Assembly (NCBI GenBank): GCA_964631085.1
Contig: CAZVWA010000004.1
Location: 1-35,385 of the forward strand
Origin: an uncultured Rubrivirga sp.
Lineage (GTDB): Bacteria; Actinomycetota; Actinomycetes; S36-B12
DNA length: 35,385 nt
Reading direction: 5' to 3'
In this document: positions 26,738-35,385 of the stretch, piece after piece
How positions within the stretch are numbered: the first letter of the stretch is position 1
Layout: each line of letters starts with the position of its first letter
Notes under the pieces: model-generated
Seen by the model: only the letters and a program-made list of their open reading frames with translations
Databases searched by the model: none
Told to the model about the DNA's origin: nothing
Position numbers and translations under genes: made by a program

Positions 26738-28387
26738 TCAGATTCCTATCAATGTCCGAAGGTGCCTCGGTGCAGGGGAACCGTGGCTCAGCATCAGATC
26801 GTGCACTTCGCGATCGCTCCACTGGGGGTGCAACACTCGAAGATCGTCGGCGATGCTGCGGACAGCCCGGTATCCGACGAAGTACGTCGGCAGTTGCCCG
26901 GCGGTGAGCAGCGCCCGGCGCCATTTACCGATCGCCTCTCCCTGCTCCTGGAAACCGCGAAAGGTCATCAGGCGAAGCGCCTCGTCCTCGGTCATGTCCA
27001 TGGAGTGGACCCGAATATCCAAGATCGTGTTGATCGCCATGCGGGCTTGCATCTTCAGTTGCTGAAGGCGGATCGCCAGCGCCGATCGCCGAGATTCCTC
27101 GGGCGCGTATCCACGATCGAGTAGGAGTTCCTCTGCATAGACCGCCCACCCTTCGACGAATACGCCGCTGAAACCGAATCGGCGCACGCGTGTAGGCGTC
27201 TGCAGCTTCGCTGCGTGCGCCAACTGCAGGACATGGCCGGGCATCGCTTCGTGCACGGTGAGGTCGTGCAGAAGGGTCGCGTTGTACTCGCGGTAAAAGG
27301 AAGCAACCTGATCCGCATCCCAGGCAGACGGTGTCGGTGAGACCGCGACATACGTGGGAACGTCGGCTTGCTCGAGCGGACCTGGAGCATCGCAATAAGC
27401 GACTGCGACACCGCGGTGGATCTCGGGCATCTCGATGACCTGGGTATCGACAGCGGGGATGGTCACCAAATCATGTCGCCTGACGAAATCGGTTGTTCGC
27501 ATCAGAGCATCCCGCACGAGGGGCAGGACGGTCTGATCGGACACTGGCGCCTGTGCCGCAACCGCTTCCAAAGCGCGGCGAACAATGCGCTCGGCATGCG
27601 TCGACTCACCGAGATACTCCGCGGCGACGTCGCGCATGCGTTCGGTCACTGCATCAAGGTGGGTTTCTGCATCCCGCAGCAGGTGGTTCGCGCTAGTCGC
27701 GTCATCGAGCGCATGCCACAGCACCCCGGCGTAGACGCGCTGATTTAGTCGAGGGCTTCGGGTGCTGACGGGTAATTGATCTTCGAGCCACGCCAGGTGT
27801 CGATCAATCTCCTCAACGGCCCCCGCAATGGAGTCAGGGACCCGGGAGTCATTCGCCTGACAGTGCTCGGCGATGACATCAGCGATGAGACTCCGGGTCC
27901 CCTGCATCTGAACGATCGTGGTCTCGACGTGAATATGGGGCATCGATTCGAGCGTGCGACGTGCCTGATCCAAGAACTCGGGAATGGCCGATAACCGGGC
28001 ATCGATACTCCCCAGCCGCTCATCCCACCCAGCAAAGTCCCGGGACAGCAGCAGATGCAGCCCGGTCCCGGGGTTCCACACCATGGGATTCCATCGATGT
28101 GCCTGCAGTTCTTCTATCTCGAAGGCCTCGCGCTGCAATCTCGAGCGCAGGATCTCCAGATCCACGAGGTCGGTCACATCGAGTTCGACATCATCGATCG
28201 CATCGATTGCGGTCAGTTGATCGTCGATCTCGCGGGCACGCGAGTCCTGGGCCGGTACCGAGTAATCCGGGAGTCGCCCATCGAAACGGTGATCACCAAG
28301 CCACGTGGCTGCAACCGGATCGGCTTCCAGCGCGGAGTCGATTGCCCGTTCAGCCAATCGCCGGAAGTCCGCGGTGGCGTCGTTCAC
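26738..28387 (-). CDS. DUF885 domain-containing protein (putative zinc metallopeptidase fold)
   Basis: ATWLGDHRFD, HEAMPGHVLQ, FVEGWAVYAE, LDIRVH and YFVG motifs. Confidence 0.85.
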   Translation of the reverse strand: MNDATADFRRLAERAIDSALEADPVAATWLGDHRFDGRLPDYSVPAQDSRAREIDDQLTAIDAIDDVELDVTDLVDLEILRSRLQREAFEIEELQAHRWNPMVWNPGTGLHLLLSRDFAGWDERLGSIDARLSAIPEFLDQARRTLESMPHIHVETTIVQMQGTRSLIADVIAEHCQANDSRVPDSIAGAVEEIDRHLAWLEDQLPVSTRSPRLNQRVYAGVLWHALDDATSANHLLRDAETHLDAVTERMRDVAAEYLGESTHAERIVRRALEAVAAQAPVSDQTVLPLVRDALMRTTDFVRRHDLVTIPAVDTQVIEMPEIHRGVAVAYCDAPGPLEQADVPTYVAVSPTPSAWDADQVASFYREYNATLLHDLTVHEAMPGHVLQLAHAAKLQTPTRVRRFGFSGVFVEGWAVYAEELLLDRGYAPEESRRSALAIRLQQLKMQARMAINTILDIRVHSMDMTEDEALRLMTFRGFQEQGEAIGKWRRALLTAGQLPTYFVGYRAVRSIADDLRVLHPQWSDREVHDLMLSHGSPAPRHLRTLIGI

Positions 28388-29052
28388 CGGCCCTCGATTT
28401 GGCGAATGGCGGCGATGCGACGTCTAACCGCCTGCCGTAGGGCGGCTTCTGCGTCCCAGTCGCGATCGCGCGCGAGTGAAGCGACGGCGAGCAACAGATC
28501 ACCGAGAGCGTCTTCGTTCTCGACCGAATCCAGTAGTTGCTCTGCCCTCTGGGACATCTCCGGTGCCGGGAGATCATCACCGAGCGAGGCGCTTCGTGAG
28601 TGCACCTTGGACGCCCGCAACAGCGCCGGCAAATGCTCGGGAATTCCGTCGGTCACCGACGCTCGTCCCTTTTCCTGGGCCTTGAGGGCGTGCCAGTTCG
28701 CTTCGACTTGCTCGGCGGTATCGGCATCGGCATCGGCGAAGACATGAGGATGTCGACGAATCAACTTCTCGATGATGCCCCCCGCAACATCGTCTATGTC
28801 CCAGCCTTCGCCGTCGGACTCTTCCGCGATCCTGGCGTGGAAGACGACCTGCAACAAAAGGTCCCCGAGCTCTTCGCGGAGGCCGGCGTCGTCCTCGTCC
28901 TCAATCGCCTCGACGGTTTCGTAGGCCTCTTCAACCAAGTACTCCACGAGGCTGGCATGCGTTTGGCGCGCATCCCACGGGCACCCGCCCGGGGATCGAA
29001 GCCGATCCATCACCTCGACGAGTTCGAGAACCCGCTCGCCACGCTTGGTCAT
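28384..29052 (-). CDS. mazG: MazG-family nucleoside triphosphate pyrophosphohydrolase
   Basis: LRSPGGCPWD, EEAYE, EELGDLLLQ and KLIRRHPHVF motifs; ATG 29052 chosen because the track start 29136 lies inside the upstream gene. Confidence 0.9.
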   Translation of the reverse strand: MTKRGERVLELVEVMDRLRSPGGCPWDARQTHASLVEYLVEEAYETVEAIEDEDDAGLREELGDLLLQVVFHARIAEESDGEGWDIDDVAGGIIEKLIRRHPHVFADADADTAEQVEANWHALKAQEKGRASVTDGIPEHLPALLRASKVHSRSASLGDDLPAPEMSQRAEQLLDSVENEDALGDLLLAVASLARDRDWDAEAALRQAVRRRIAAIRQIEGR

Positions 29053-29059
29053 GCGCCCG

Positions 29060-29662
29060 TTAGGAGAACGGAATCGGGGCAGAGAGATCGTTTGGAGGAG
29101 GTCCGACCACCAGCCCCGCCGGATCCCACGATCCATAGCGCGGACTCACCTCGGTGCCCGCTTCCTGACTAAAGGCAGTGACTGCCGCGAAAATCGCCGC
29201 GGACTGGCTATCCGGTGTTCCGCCGGGATCGAGGATCATGCCCATCTTCTGCGCGAGGATGTTCACCCGAAACAAATCCTCGATGTCGTCGGGCGCGAGA
29301 TCTTGCGCGAGCAGCGTGTCTTTGAATGCCTGCTCGCCGCCGGAGGCGGCGGCGTACTGGGCGATGGTCGCGTCGAGTTCACCCTGGGTGACTTCGATTC
29401 CCTGTTCCTCGGCGATCTGCTCGACGAGTAGCGAGGTAATCATCCGATCAAGGGTGGTGACGACCAGAGCCTCGGAAGCCGAATCGACCGGCCGCCCCTG
29501 GGCAACGAGCACCTGCTCGACCTGCTCGGTCAGTTGCCGCTCGGATATGCGTTCGTTCCCGACGATCGCTGCCGCTCCCGGGGTGGCAGATGCGCAACCA
29601 CTGAGCACGAGCGCTCCCGCGGCGATCGCGCCCACGAGCCCCAACTTCGGCCTATTCACCAT
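29060..29662 (-). CDS. SurA N-terminal domain-containing lipoprotein
   Basis: LSGC lipobox, GAAAIVGNERI and EVSPRYGSWD motifs; sits between mfd and mazG as is common in actinobacteria. Confidence 0.75.
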   Translation of the reverse strand: MVNRPKLGLVGAIAAGALVLSGCASATPGAAAIVGNERISERQLTEQVEQVLVAQGRPVDSASEALVVTTLDRMITSLLVEQIAEEQGIEVTQGELDATIAQYAAASGGEQAFKDTLLAQDLAPDDIEDLFRVNILAQKMGMILDPGGTPDSQSAAIFAAVTAFSQEAGTEVSPRYGSWDPAGLVVGPPPNDLSAPIPFS

Positions 29663-32600
29663 CGATCGATCCGTCCTTCGTTGTCTGCCGTGCCGGTGCG
29701 CCGCGTACCGCACTCACTAGTTCGTCGGCCCACGTCAGCAGTTCTTGATCTTTCAGGGCTGCTGCGCCGACCGCGGATCCCGCAGTCGGACGCGGCACGA
29801 TGATCGTACGGACGGCGGGCTTGACCGTGGTGCGCGGGTATAGGCGGGTGATGCGCATCTGCGCGGACTCGGGCAGTTCGACCGGGTGGACGCGAACGGC
29901 GTTGCCCTGGGCGATGACTTCCTCGATCCCCGCGGCTCGGCAATGCACGCGGAATCGAGCCACGTCCACGAGAGTCCGCGCCTCCGCGGGCAATGGTCCG
30001 TACCTATCCGCCAACTCCGCTGCGACTTCGTCGACCTGCTCGTCGGTGTGGGCATCGGCCAATCTCTTGTACGCCTCTAGGCGCAGGCGCTCGGCTGGCA
30101 CATAGTTCTCCGGCAGGTGGGCGGTAATGGGCAACTCGACCTTGACCTCCGCGACCTCCGCCTCACCCTCCCCTAGGCCGGCCTTGTGCTCGGCGAGGGC
30201 CTCGCCGACAAGCCGTACGTAGAGGTCGAATCCCACATCCGCGATGTGTCCACTCTGCTCACCGCCGAGCAGGTTGCCCGCCCCACGGATTTCCAGATCT
30301 TTCATCGCAATCTGCATGCCGGACCCAAGGTCGGTGCGCTGGGCGATGGTGGACAACCTCTCGTGGGCGGTCTCGGTCAGCGGCTTATTCGGGTCGTACA
30401 ACAAATAGGCGTAGGCCCGTTCGCGGCTTCGCCCCACGCGCCCGCGAAGTTGGTGCAGTTGGGACAGGCCGAATGTGTCGGCGCGGTCGACGATCAGGGT
30501 GTTGGCGTTGGCGATGTCGATACCAGATTCCACGATGGTCGTGCACACGAGAACATCGATCTCCTTGTTCCAGAAATCGACAATGACCTGCTCGAGTCGC
30601 CCCTCAGCCATCTGGCCGTGCGCGATCGCGACCCGCGCTTCGGGAACAAGCTCCTGAACACGCTTGGCGGCACGCTCAATGGACTCCACGCGGTTGTGGA
30701 CGAAAAAGACCTGACCATCGCGAAGCAACTCACGGCGAATGGCCGCGGCGATCTGTTTGTCGTCATACGGACCGACGTACGTCAACACCGGATGACGCTC
30801 CTCCGGCGGCGTCTGAATTACCGACATCTCCCGGATTCCGGTAACCGCCATTTCCAGCGTGCGTGGGATGGGGGTGGCCGACATCGCAAGGACATCGACG
30901 TTCGCTCTTAACGCCTTCAGGTGTTCTTTGTGCTCTACACCGAATCTTTGTTCCTCATCGATGATCACCAGGCCGAGATCCTTGAAACGAACCTCAGGGG
31001 TGAGGAGACGGTGCGTGCCGATGACGATGTCGATCGTTCCATCGGTGATTCCGGCGAGGACTTCGGTGCGTTCCTTGGCCGAAGTGAATCGAGACAACGC
31101 TGCGGTTCGAATCGGGAAACTTGCGTACCGATCGCTAAATGTGGCGAGATGCTGTTGCACGAGCAACGTGGTCGGAACGAGCACGGCAACTTGCTTGCCG
31201 TCCTGCACGGCCTTGAACGCCGCGCGCACCGCGATCTCGGTCTTGCCGTAACCGACATCACCGCAGATAAGCCGATCCATAGGAGTCACGCGCTGCATAT
31301 CGAGTTTCACTTCGTCAATGCAGGCGAGTTGATCGGGGGTCTCGACGTACTCGAACGCGTCTTCAAGTTCGCGTTGCCACGGAGTATCCGGAGCGAACGC
31401 ATGTCCGGTACTCGCCTGTCGAGCCGCATACAAACGTACGAGTTCCCCGGCAATCTGCCGCACAGCTTTGCGGGCACGTCCTTTCGTCTTTGCCCAATCA
31501 CCACCACCAAGACGGTGCAGGCTCGGCGACTCGCCTCCGACATAACGCGTGATCAGATCGAGTTGATCCATCGGTAGGAAAAGTCGATCCGCGGGTTGTC
31601 CGCGCTTGCTCGGGGCGTACTCGATGATCAAATATTCCCGCTCGGCACCCTGGATCGTGCGTCGGATCATCTCAACGTATTTACCGACTCCGTGATGTTC
31701 GTGGACGACAAAATCCCCTGCCTTCAAGGACAGCGGATCGATGGTCTTGCGGCGCCGGCTCGGGAGTCGTTGACCGTCCTTGCCGGTACTGCGCTGTCCG
31801 AGCAGATCGCTCTCGGTGATCACCGCCAGTGTGGGCAGAAGGAATCCTCGATGCAGGTGGCTGCGCACCAGGTGCACAACGGAGTCGGTTCCGATCTCGA
31901 GGTCATCCTCGAGCCGGGAGGGAACATCAGCCTGCGCCATCTCCTCGGCCAACCGCTCCAGCGAGCCTCGACCTCCCGCGGTAACGATGACAACACGACT
32001 GTCGGCAAGCCACGTTCGAAAATCTCCGAAGGCAGTTTCTGCATCGCCTCGATACTCCTCCGGGGCGCTTGCGCCGAAGTCGATATCGGGGTCGGGATTG
32101 CGGAGAGGGTCAAGCGACCACCATCGACACCCTCGGGTCCCGGCGAGCTCATGGAGTTCATCCAGCGTCCGGTAGGCGGCCGGATCGATGTCGATCGGCA
32201 CATCGGCTCCCACCGCCGCGCTGTGCCAACCGGCTTCCAAGAACTCCTGCGCCGTCCGGATCACATCCGCCGCCCGCGCACTCACCCGCTCCGGCTCACT
32301 CACGACTATTTGGGAGCCACGGGGCAAGAGCTCGAGCAATGTCACCATTGATGAGTCGAACAGCGCGCTTAAGGACTCCATCCCTTCGATCGCGACACCT
32401 TCGGCTATCTGCGTACACAGGTCCGCGATACCCGGTGCATGCGCGGCCAATTCGCGGGCGCGCTCGCGCACATCGTCGGTCAGCAGCAGCTCTCGAACGG
32501 GAGTGGCGAGGAGGCCGTGCTCAACCGGCTCGAGAGACCGTTGGTCCGCAACGGCGAAGTACCGGATTCCGTCAACATCGTCTCCCCAGAATTCCACGCG

Positions 32601-33203
32601 CACGGCGTGTTCTTCGATAGCCGGGAAGACGTCGACGATGCCGCCTCGCACGGCCACCTGGCCTCGACGCTCGACCAGGTCGACCCGTTCGTAACCCAAA
32701 CCCACCAAGTGTTCGACGAGATCGGTGAGATCAATGTGATCTCCGACGCGCACGCGCGCGGGCTCGGCCTCAGCCACCGCCGACATAACGGGTTGGAGTG
32801 CCGCACGCACGGATGCGACGACGATGTCCACCGGCTGCAGCAGGGGATCGTCATCGACCGGGTTAGCGATGCGCCGAAGGACGTGGGTTCGCCGACCCAC
32901 GGTGTCGGACGAAGGGGACAAGCGTTCGTGCGGGAGGGTCTCCCAGGAAGGGAAGGTTGCAATCCGTGCTTCGGGTGCGAAATCCCGCAGGGCCGCCGCC
33001 ATGTCGTCGGCACCGGATCCCGTCGGAGTCAACACCAAGACCGGAGTATTCGAGGCGTGACGTATCCGATGGGTGATGACGGGGTGTGTGCCCAGCAGAG
33101 CGTGCACGTCGATGTCGTGAGCCGACGGATCCGCGGCGAGTTCACCCACCCGAATGATCGGTGGATACCGATCGAGGAGTTCGTCTAGCTGGCGAAGGCT
33201 CAC
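29652..33203 (-). CDS. mfd: Transcription-repair coupling factor
   Basis: FPSWETLPHE, VRGGIVD, VVHEHHGVG, GDVGYGKTE, DEEQRFGV, SATPIPRT, QLRGRVGRS and DLEIRGAGNLLG motifs. Confidence 0.97.
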   Translation of the reverse strand: MSLRQLDELLDRYPPIIRVGELAADPSAHDIDVHALLGTHPVITHRIRHASNTPVLVLTPTGSGADDMAAALRDFAPEARIATFPSWETLPHERLSPSSDTVGRRTHVLRRIANPVDDDPLLQPVDIVVASVRAALQPVMSAVAEAEPARVRVGDHIDLTDLVEHLVGLGYERVDLVERRGQVAVRGGIVDVFPAIEEHAVRVEFWGDDVDGIRYFAVADQRSLEPVEHGLLATPVRELLLTDDVRERARELAAHAPGIADLCTQIAEGVAIEGMESLSALFDSSMVTLLELLPRGSQIVVSEPERVSARAADVIRTAQEFLEAGWHSAAVGADVPIDIDPAAYRTLDELHELAGTRGCRWWSLDPLRNPDPDIDFGASAPEEYRGDAETAFGDFRTWLADSRVVIVTAGGRGSLERLAEEMAQADVPSRLEDDLEIGTDSVVHLVRSHLHRGFLLPTLAVITESDLLGQRSTGKDGQRLPSRRRKTIDPLSLKAGDFVVHEHHGVGKYVEMIRRTIQGAEREYLIIEYAPSKRGQPADRLFLPMDQLDLITRYVGGESPSLHRLGGGDWAKTKGRARKAVRQIAGELVRLYAARQASTGHAFAPDTPWQRELEDAFEYVETPDQLACIDEVKLDMQRVTPMDRLICGDVGYGKTEIAVRAAFKAVQDGKQVAVLVPTTLLVQQHLATFSDRYASFPIRTAALSRFTSAKERTEVLAGITDGTIDIVIGTHRLLTPEVRFKDLGLVIIDEEQRFGVEHKEHLKALRANVDVLAMSATPIPRTLEMAVTGIREMSVIQTPPEERHPVLTYVGPYDDKQIAAAIRRELLRDGQVFFVHNRVESIERAAKRVQELVPEARVAIAHGQMAEGRLEQVIVDFWNKEIDVLVCTTIVESGIDIANANTLIVDRADTFGLSQLHQLRGRVGRSRERAYAYLLYDPNKPLTETAHERLSTIAQRTDLGSGMQIAMKDLEIRGAGNLLGGEQSGHIADVGFDLYVRLVGEALAEHKAGLGEGEAEVAEVKVELPITAHLPENYVPAERLRLEAYKRLADAHTDEQVDEVAAELADRYGPLPAEARTLVDVARFRVHCRAAGIEEVIAQGNAVRVHPVELPESAQMRITRLYPRTTVKPAVRTIIVPRPTAGSAVGAAALKDQELLTWADELVSAVRGAPARQTTKDGSIDGE

Positions 33204-34018
33204 GTTGCGGAGGCTGATGCAAGGGCCTGCATCACGTGCGGGTAGAGGATCGGGTGTGACACGACGAGGTTGTTGACATACGGGGGCATGTGGTTGAACG
33301 TGATCGCCTCACCACCGGTGTTCGAACAGCGAAGTCCGTAATGGGTTGCCACTCCGTAGGGTGCCGCGACATCCCACTCGTAGAAGCCGGTGTCGTGGAG
33401 ATAGATGTCCGCGCGACCCTTCAAGATCTCATTGACCTTCGCACCTACCGACCCGACGTCCACGACTTCCACCCCCCGATCACTGATCCCGGCGTCGGCT
33501 AGAAGGCGTCCGAGCTCGGCGCAGGTGGCATCCAGCGTCGCCGGAGGGCGACTGCGCGACGCGACGACGCGGATCGGTCGGGTGGTATCCAAAGGCGCGT
33601 AACTGAGGTCATCGAGGACCGACCGGGTGATTTCCTGAGCCGGAAGATCGACCGTGCATGCGTGCAATTCCCCGCCACTCCACAGCGCAATATGAACGGC
33701 AAAGTCCACTCGGTTTTGCCCGTACTCCCATGTGCCATCCAGCGGGTCGACTATCCACACACGTTCGGATTCCAGCCGAGACGGGTCATCCTTGGCCTCT
33801 TCGCTGAGGACCGCATCCCCCGGACGCGCGTGGGCGAGGAAATCCAAGATGAGGTCGTTGGACGCTGCGTCGGCTCGATCGCGGAGTTTGTTGGCGGTCT
33901 CCCTATCGTGAACGTCCCCGTTCTCGGCAAGGAATTCCGAGCGGATCTGCAGCAGCAACTGCCCGGCGCGCTGGGCGACGTCCCGTGAGACCTCAGCATC
34001 AGAACGTGGATCGCTCAT
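33200..34018 (-). CDS. cysQ: Inositol monophosphatase family 3'(2'),5'-bisphosphate nucleotidase (CysQ-like)
   Basis: VLSEE, WIVDPLDGT, VASRS, GSVGAK and EWDVAAP motifs. Confidence 0.8.
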   Translation of the reverse strand: MSDPRSDAEVSRDVAQRAGQLLLQIRSEFLAENGDVHDRETANKLRDRADAASNDLILDFLAHARPGDAVLSEEAKDDPSRLESERVWIVDPLDGTWEYGQNRVDFAVHIALWSGGELHACTVDLPAQEITRSVLDDLSYAPLDTTRPIRVVASRSRPPATLDATCAELGRLLADAGISDRGVEVVDVGSVGAKVNEILKGRADIYLHDTGFYEWDVAAPYGVATHYGLRCSNTGGEAITFNHMPPYVNNLVVSHPILYPHVMQALASASAT

Positions 34019-34623
34019 AGGTTCCCTCCACCGGATGACCGCTCGTTGAACTCATTCTGCGCCACTTCCAAGCCCCGTCGTATGAGGGTCTCAGCGGCAT
34101 CGCTGGCTCGCGACAAGAAAGCCGGCAGTTCGGTGCGCTGCGCACCTGTGAACGCCTGAAGAACGAAGTCCGCCGGTGCCTGGCGCCCGGGGGGTCGACC
34201 AATTCCCAATCGAATTCGGTAGTAGTCACCGGTTCCGATCGCCGACCGGATGCTCTTCAACCCGTTGTGTCCGCCGTCTCCACCGCCCTTCTTGATCCGC
34301 AACGCGGTGAAATCGATGTCGAGTTCGTCGTGCAGCACCAGGAGTCGCTCGGGTGGTATTCGGTAGAACGCCATTGCCGCCTTGACCGGACCCCCGCTCT
34401 CGTTCATGTAGGACAACGGAGCGCACAGCACCGCGGGCACCCGATCACCGGGGAAACCCAGATGGGTCTCCGCGATGTTCGCCAGGGCCTTCTTGTGGCG
34501 CGAGAGCTTCACGCCGACCTGGTCAGCCATGGCTTCGATGGCCATCGCGCCGACGTTGTGCCGAGTCGCCGCGTACTGCGCCCCCGGGTTGCCCAGACCG
34601 ACGATCAGCCAGGGCTCGGACAT
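34015..34623 (-). CDS. pth: Peptidyl-tRNA hydrolase
   Basis: LIVGLGNPG, TRHNVG, YMNESG, HDELD, GGHNGLKS and RLGIGRP motifs. Confidence 0.97.
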   Translation of the reverse strand: MSEPWLIVGLGNPGAQYAATRHNVGAMAIEAMADQVGVKLSRHKKALANIAETHLGFPGDRVPAVLCAPLSYMNESGGPVKAAMAFYRIPPERLLVLHDELDIDFTALRIKKGGGDGGHNGLKSIRSAIGTGDYYRIRLGIGRPPGRQAPADFVLQAFTGAQRTELPAFLSRASDAAETLIRRGLEVAQNEFNERSSGGGNL

Positions 34624-34677
34624 GTCGCTCGGTTCGATAGATCGTCGAAGGTGGGGAGTTCCGGTAGGAACCGAGGG

Positions 34678-35262
34678 TTATTCGCCCTCAGCCTCGTCGG
34701 CGCTCGCTTCCGCCGCACCCTCGGCTTCCTCACCACCGGCTTCAGCAGCCGCCGCCTCGCGCGCCGCTTCACGTGCAGCAGCAGCCGCCGCCATTTCAGC
34801 CGCGCGCTCCTTGACGTCCGCCACTGCGTGGTCGACCGCCTCGAGCGGATCTTCACCGCGAGCAACGGCTTCTTCGAGAGCCATGATCACCGAGGCTGCG
34901 TCGTAGCCGGCTTCCGCGGCGGCGATCTCGGCCTTGGCGACAGCGTCGGCGTAGGAGCTGCGGATGGCCGCTTCCTGCTTGGTGATGATGACAAGGTCGA
35001 CGTGCTCGAGGTTGCGCTTGACAGGGTCGCGCTGGACGTCGCGCGGCTTGGTCAAGTAGACGTTCCCCCCGTAGGAAACGTTGAGGACGACCCGCGGCTT
35101 ACGCAGCGCTAGGTCGATCTGGTGCTCGTCGAGTGCGATGTGGGTGAGTTCGATACCGGTGCCGTAGATGACAGCGGGAACATTCCCGGAGCGGCGCAAC
35201 CGGCGTGCGGCACCTTTGCCGAAGTCGGTGCGGGGCTCAGCGGTGATCTCGACGTTCGTCAC
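34678..35262 (-). CDS. rplY: 50S ribosomal protein L25 (bL25) with atypical Ala/Glu-rich C-terminal extension
   Basis: RTDFGKGAARRLRR, VPAVIYG and VQRDPV...HVDL motifs; GTG 35262 behind a GAGGAG SD; directly upstream of pth. Confidence 0.93.
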   Translation of the reverse strand: MTNVEITAEPRTDFGKGAARRLRRSGNVPAVIYGTGIELTHIALDEHQIDLALRKPRVVLNVSYGGNVYLTKPRDVQRDPVKRNLEHVDLVIITKQEAAIRSSYADAVAKAEIAAAEAGYDAASVIMALEEAVARGEDPLEAVDHAVADVKERAAEMAAAAAAREAAREAAAAEAGGEEAEGAAEASADEAEGE

Positions 35263-35385
35263 GGGTATCTCCTCGGTTCCATGCGCGTGCGGTCGCACGC
35301 TTGTTGCGGTTACCTCGCGGGGGCGCGGACAGACGTCAGGTGGCACCACCCGCGTCGATCACGGCGACCAGCCCTGTAGGACCGG

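Noticed and set aside
1-35385. Mobile element, prophage, tRNA or rRNA
   Set aside because: No integrase, transposase or phage genes, terminal repeats, cloverleaf or obvious compositional break seen by eye; intergenic gaps are short.

Overview
GC-rich chromosomal window, most likely from an actinobacterium (inferred from the rplY-pth-mfd-surA-mazG gene order, many lipoproteins and TANNNT-type promoters). The left half (1-17135) is a divergently transcribed quaternary-amine/C1 cluster. Its right arm encodes a non-pyrrolysine MttB-family methyltransferase, betA, betB and a glycine-betaine-type ABC transporter, ending at an intrinsic terminator. Its left arm encodes IclR, a stand-alone corrinoid protein, a MetV-like Cys-rich protein, MetF, a pterin-binding methyltransferase, a RACo/RamA-type ATP-dependent corrinoid activator, DUF1638, GntR and a GcvT-family dimethylglycine dehydrogenase-like flavoprotein that runs off the window. 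Together these suggest a route choline -> betaine -> (B12-dependent demethylation onto THF) -> dimethylglycine -> sarcosine, built from methyl-transfer parts best known from acetogens and other anaerobes. The middle holds a 4-coumarate-CoA-ligase-like enzyme, several lipoproteins, an unannotated 5'-truncated ferredoxin remnant coupled to a ferredoxin reductase, and a MacAB-like exporter. The right end is a housekeeping run (DUF885, mazG, SurA-like, mfd, cysQ-like, pth, rplY) in which L25 carries an atypical helical C-terminal domain. No rRNA, tRNA, CRISPR or mobile element was recognised. All product calls come from motif recognition by eye; no database searches were run.
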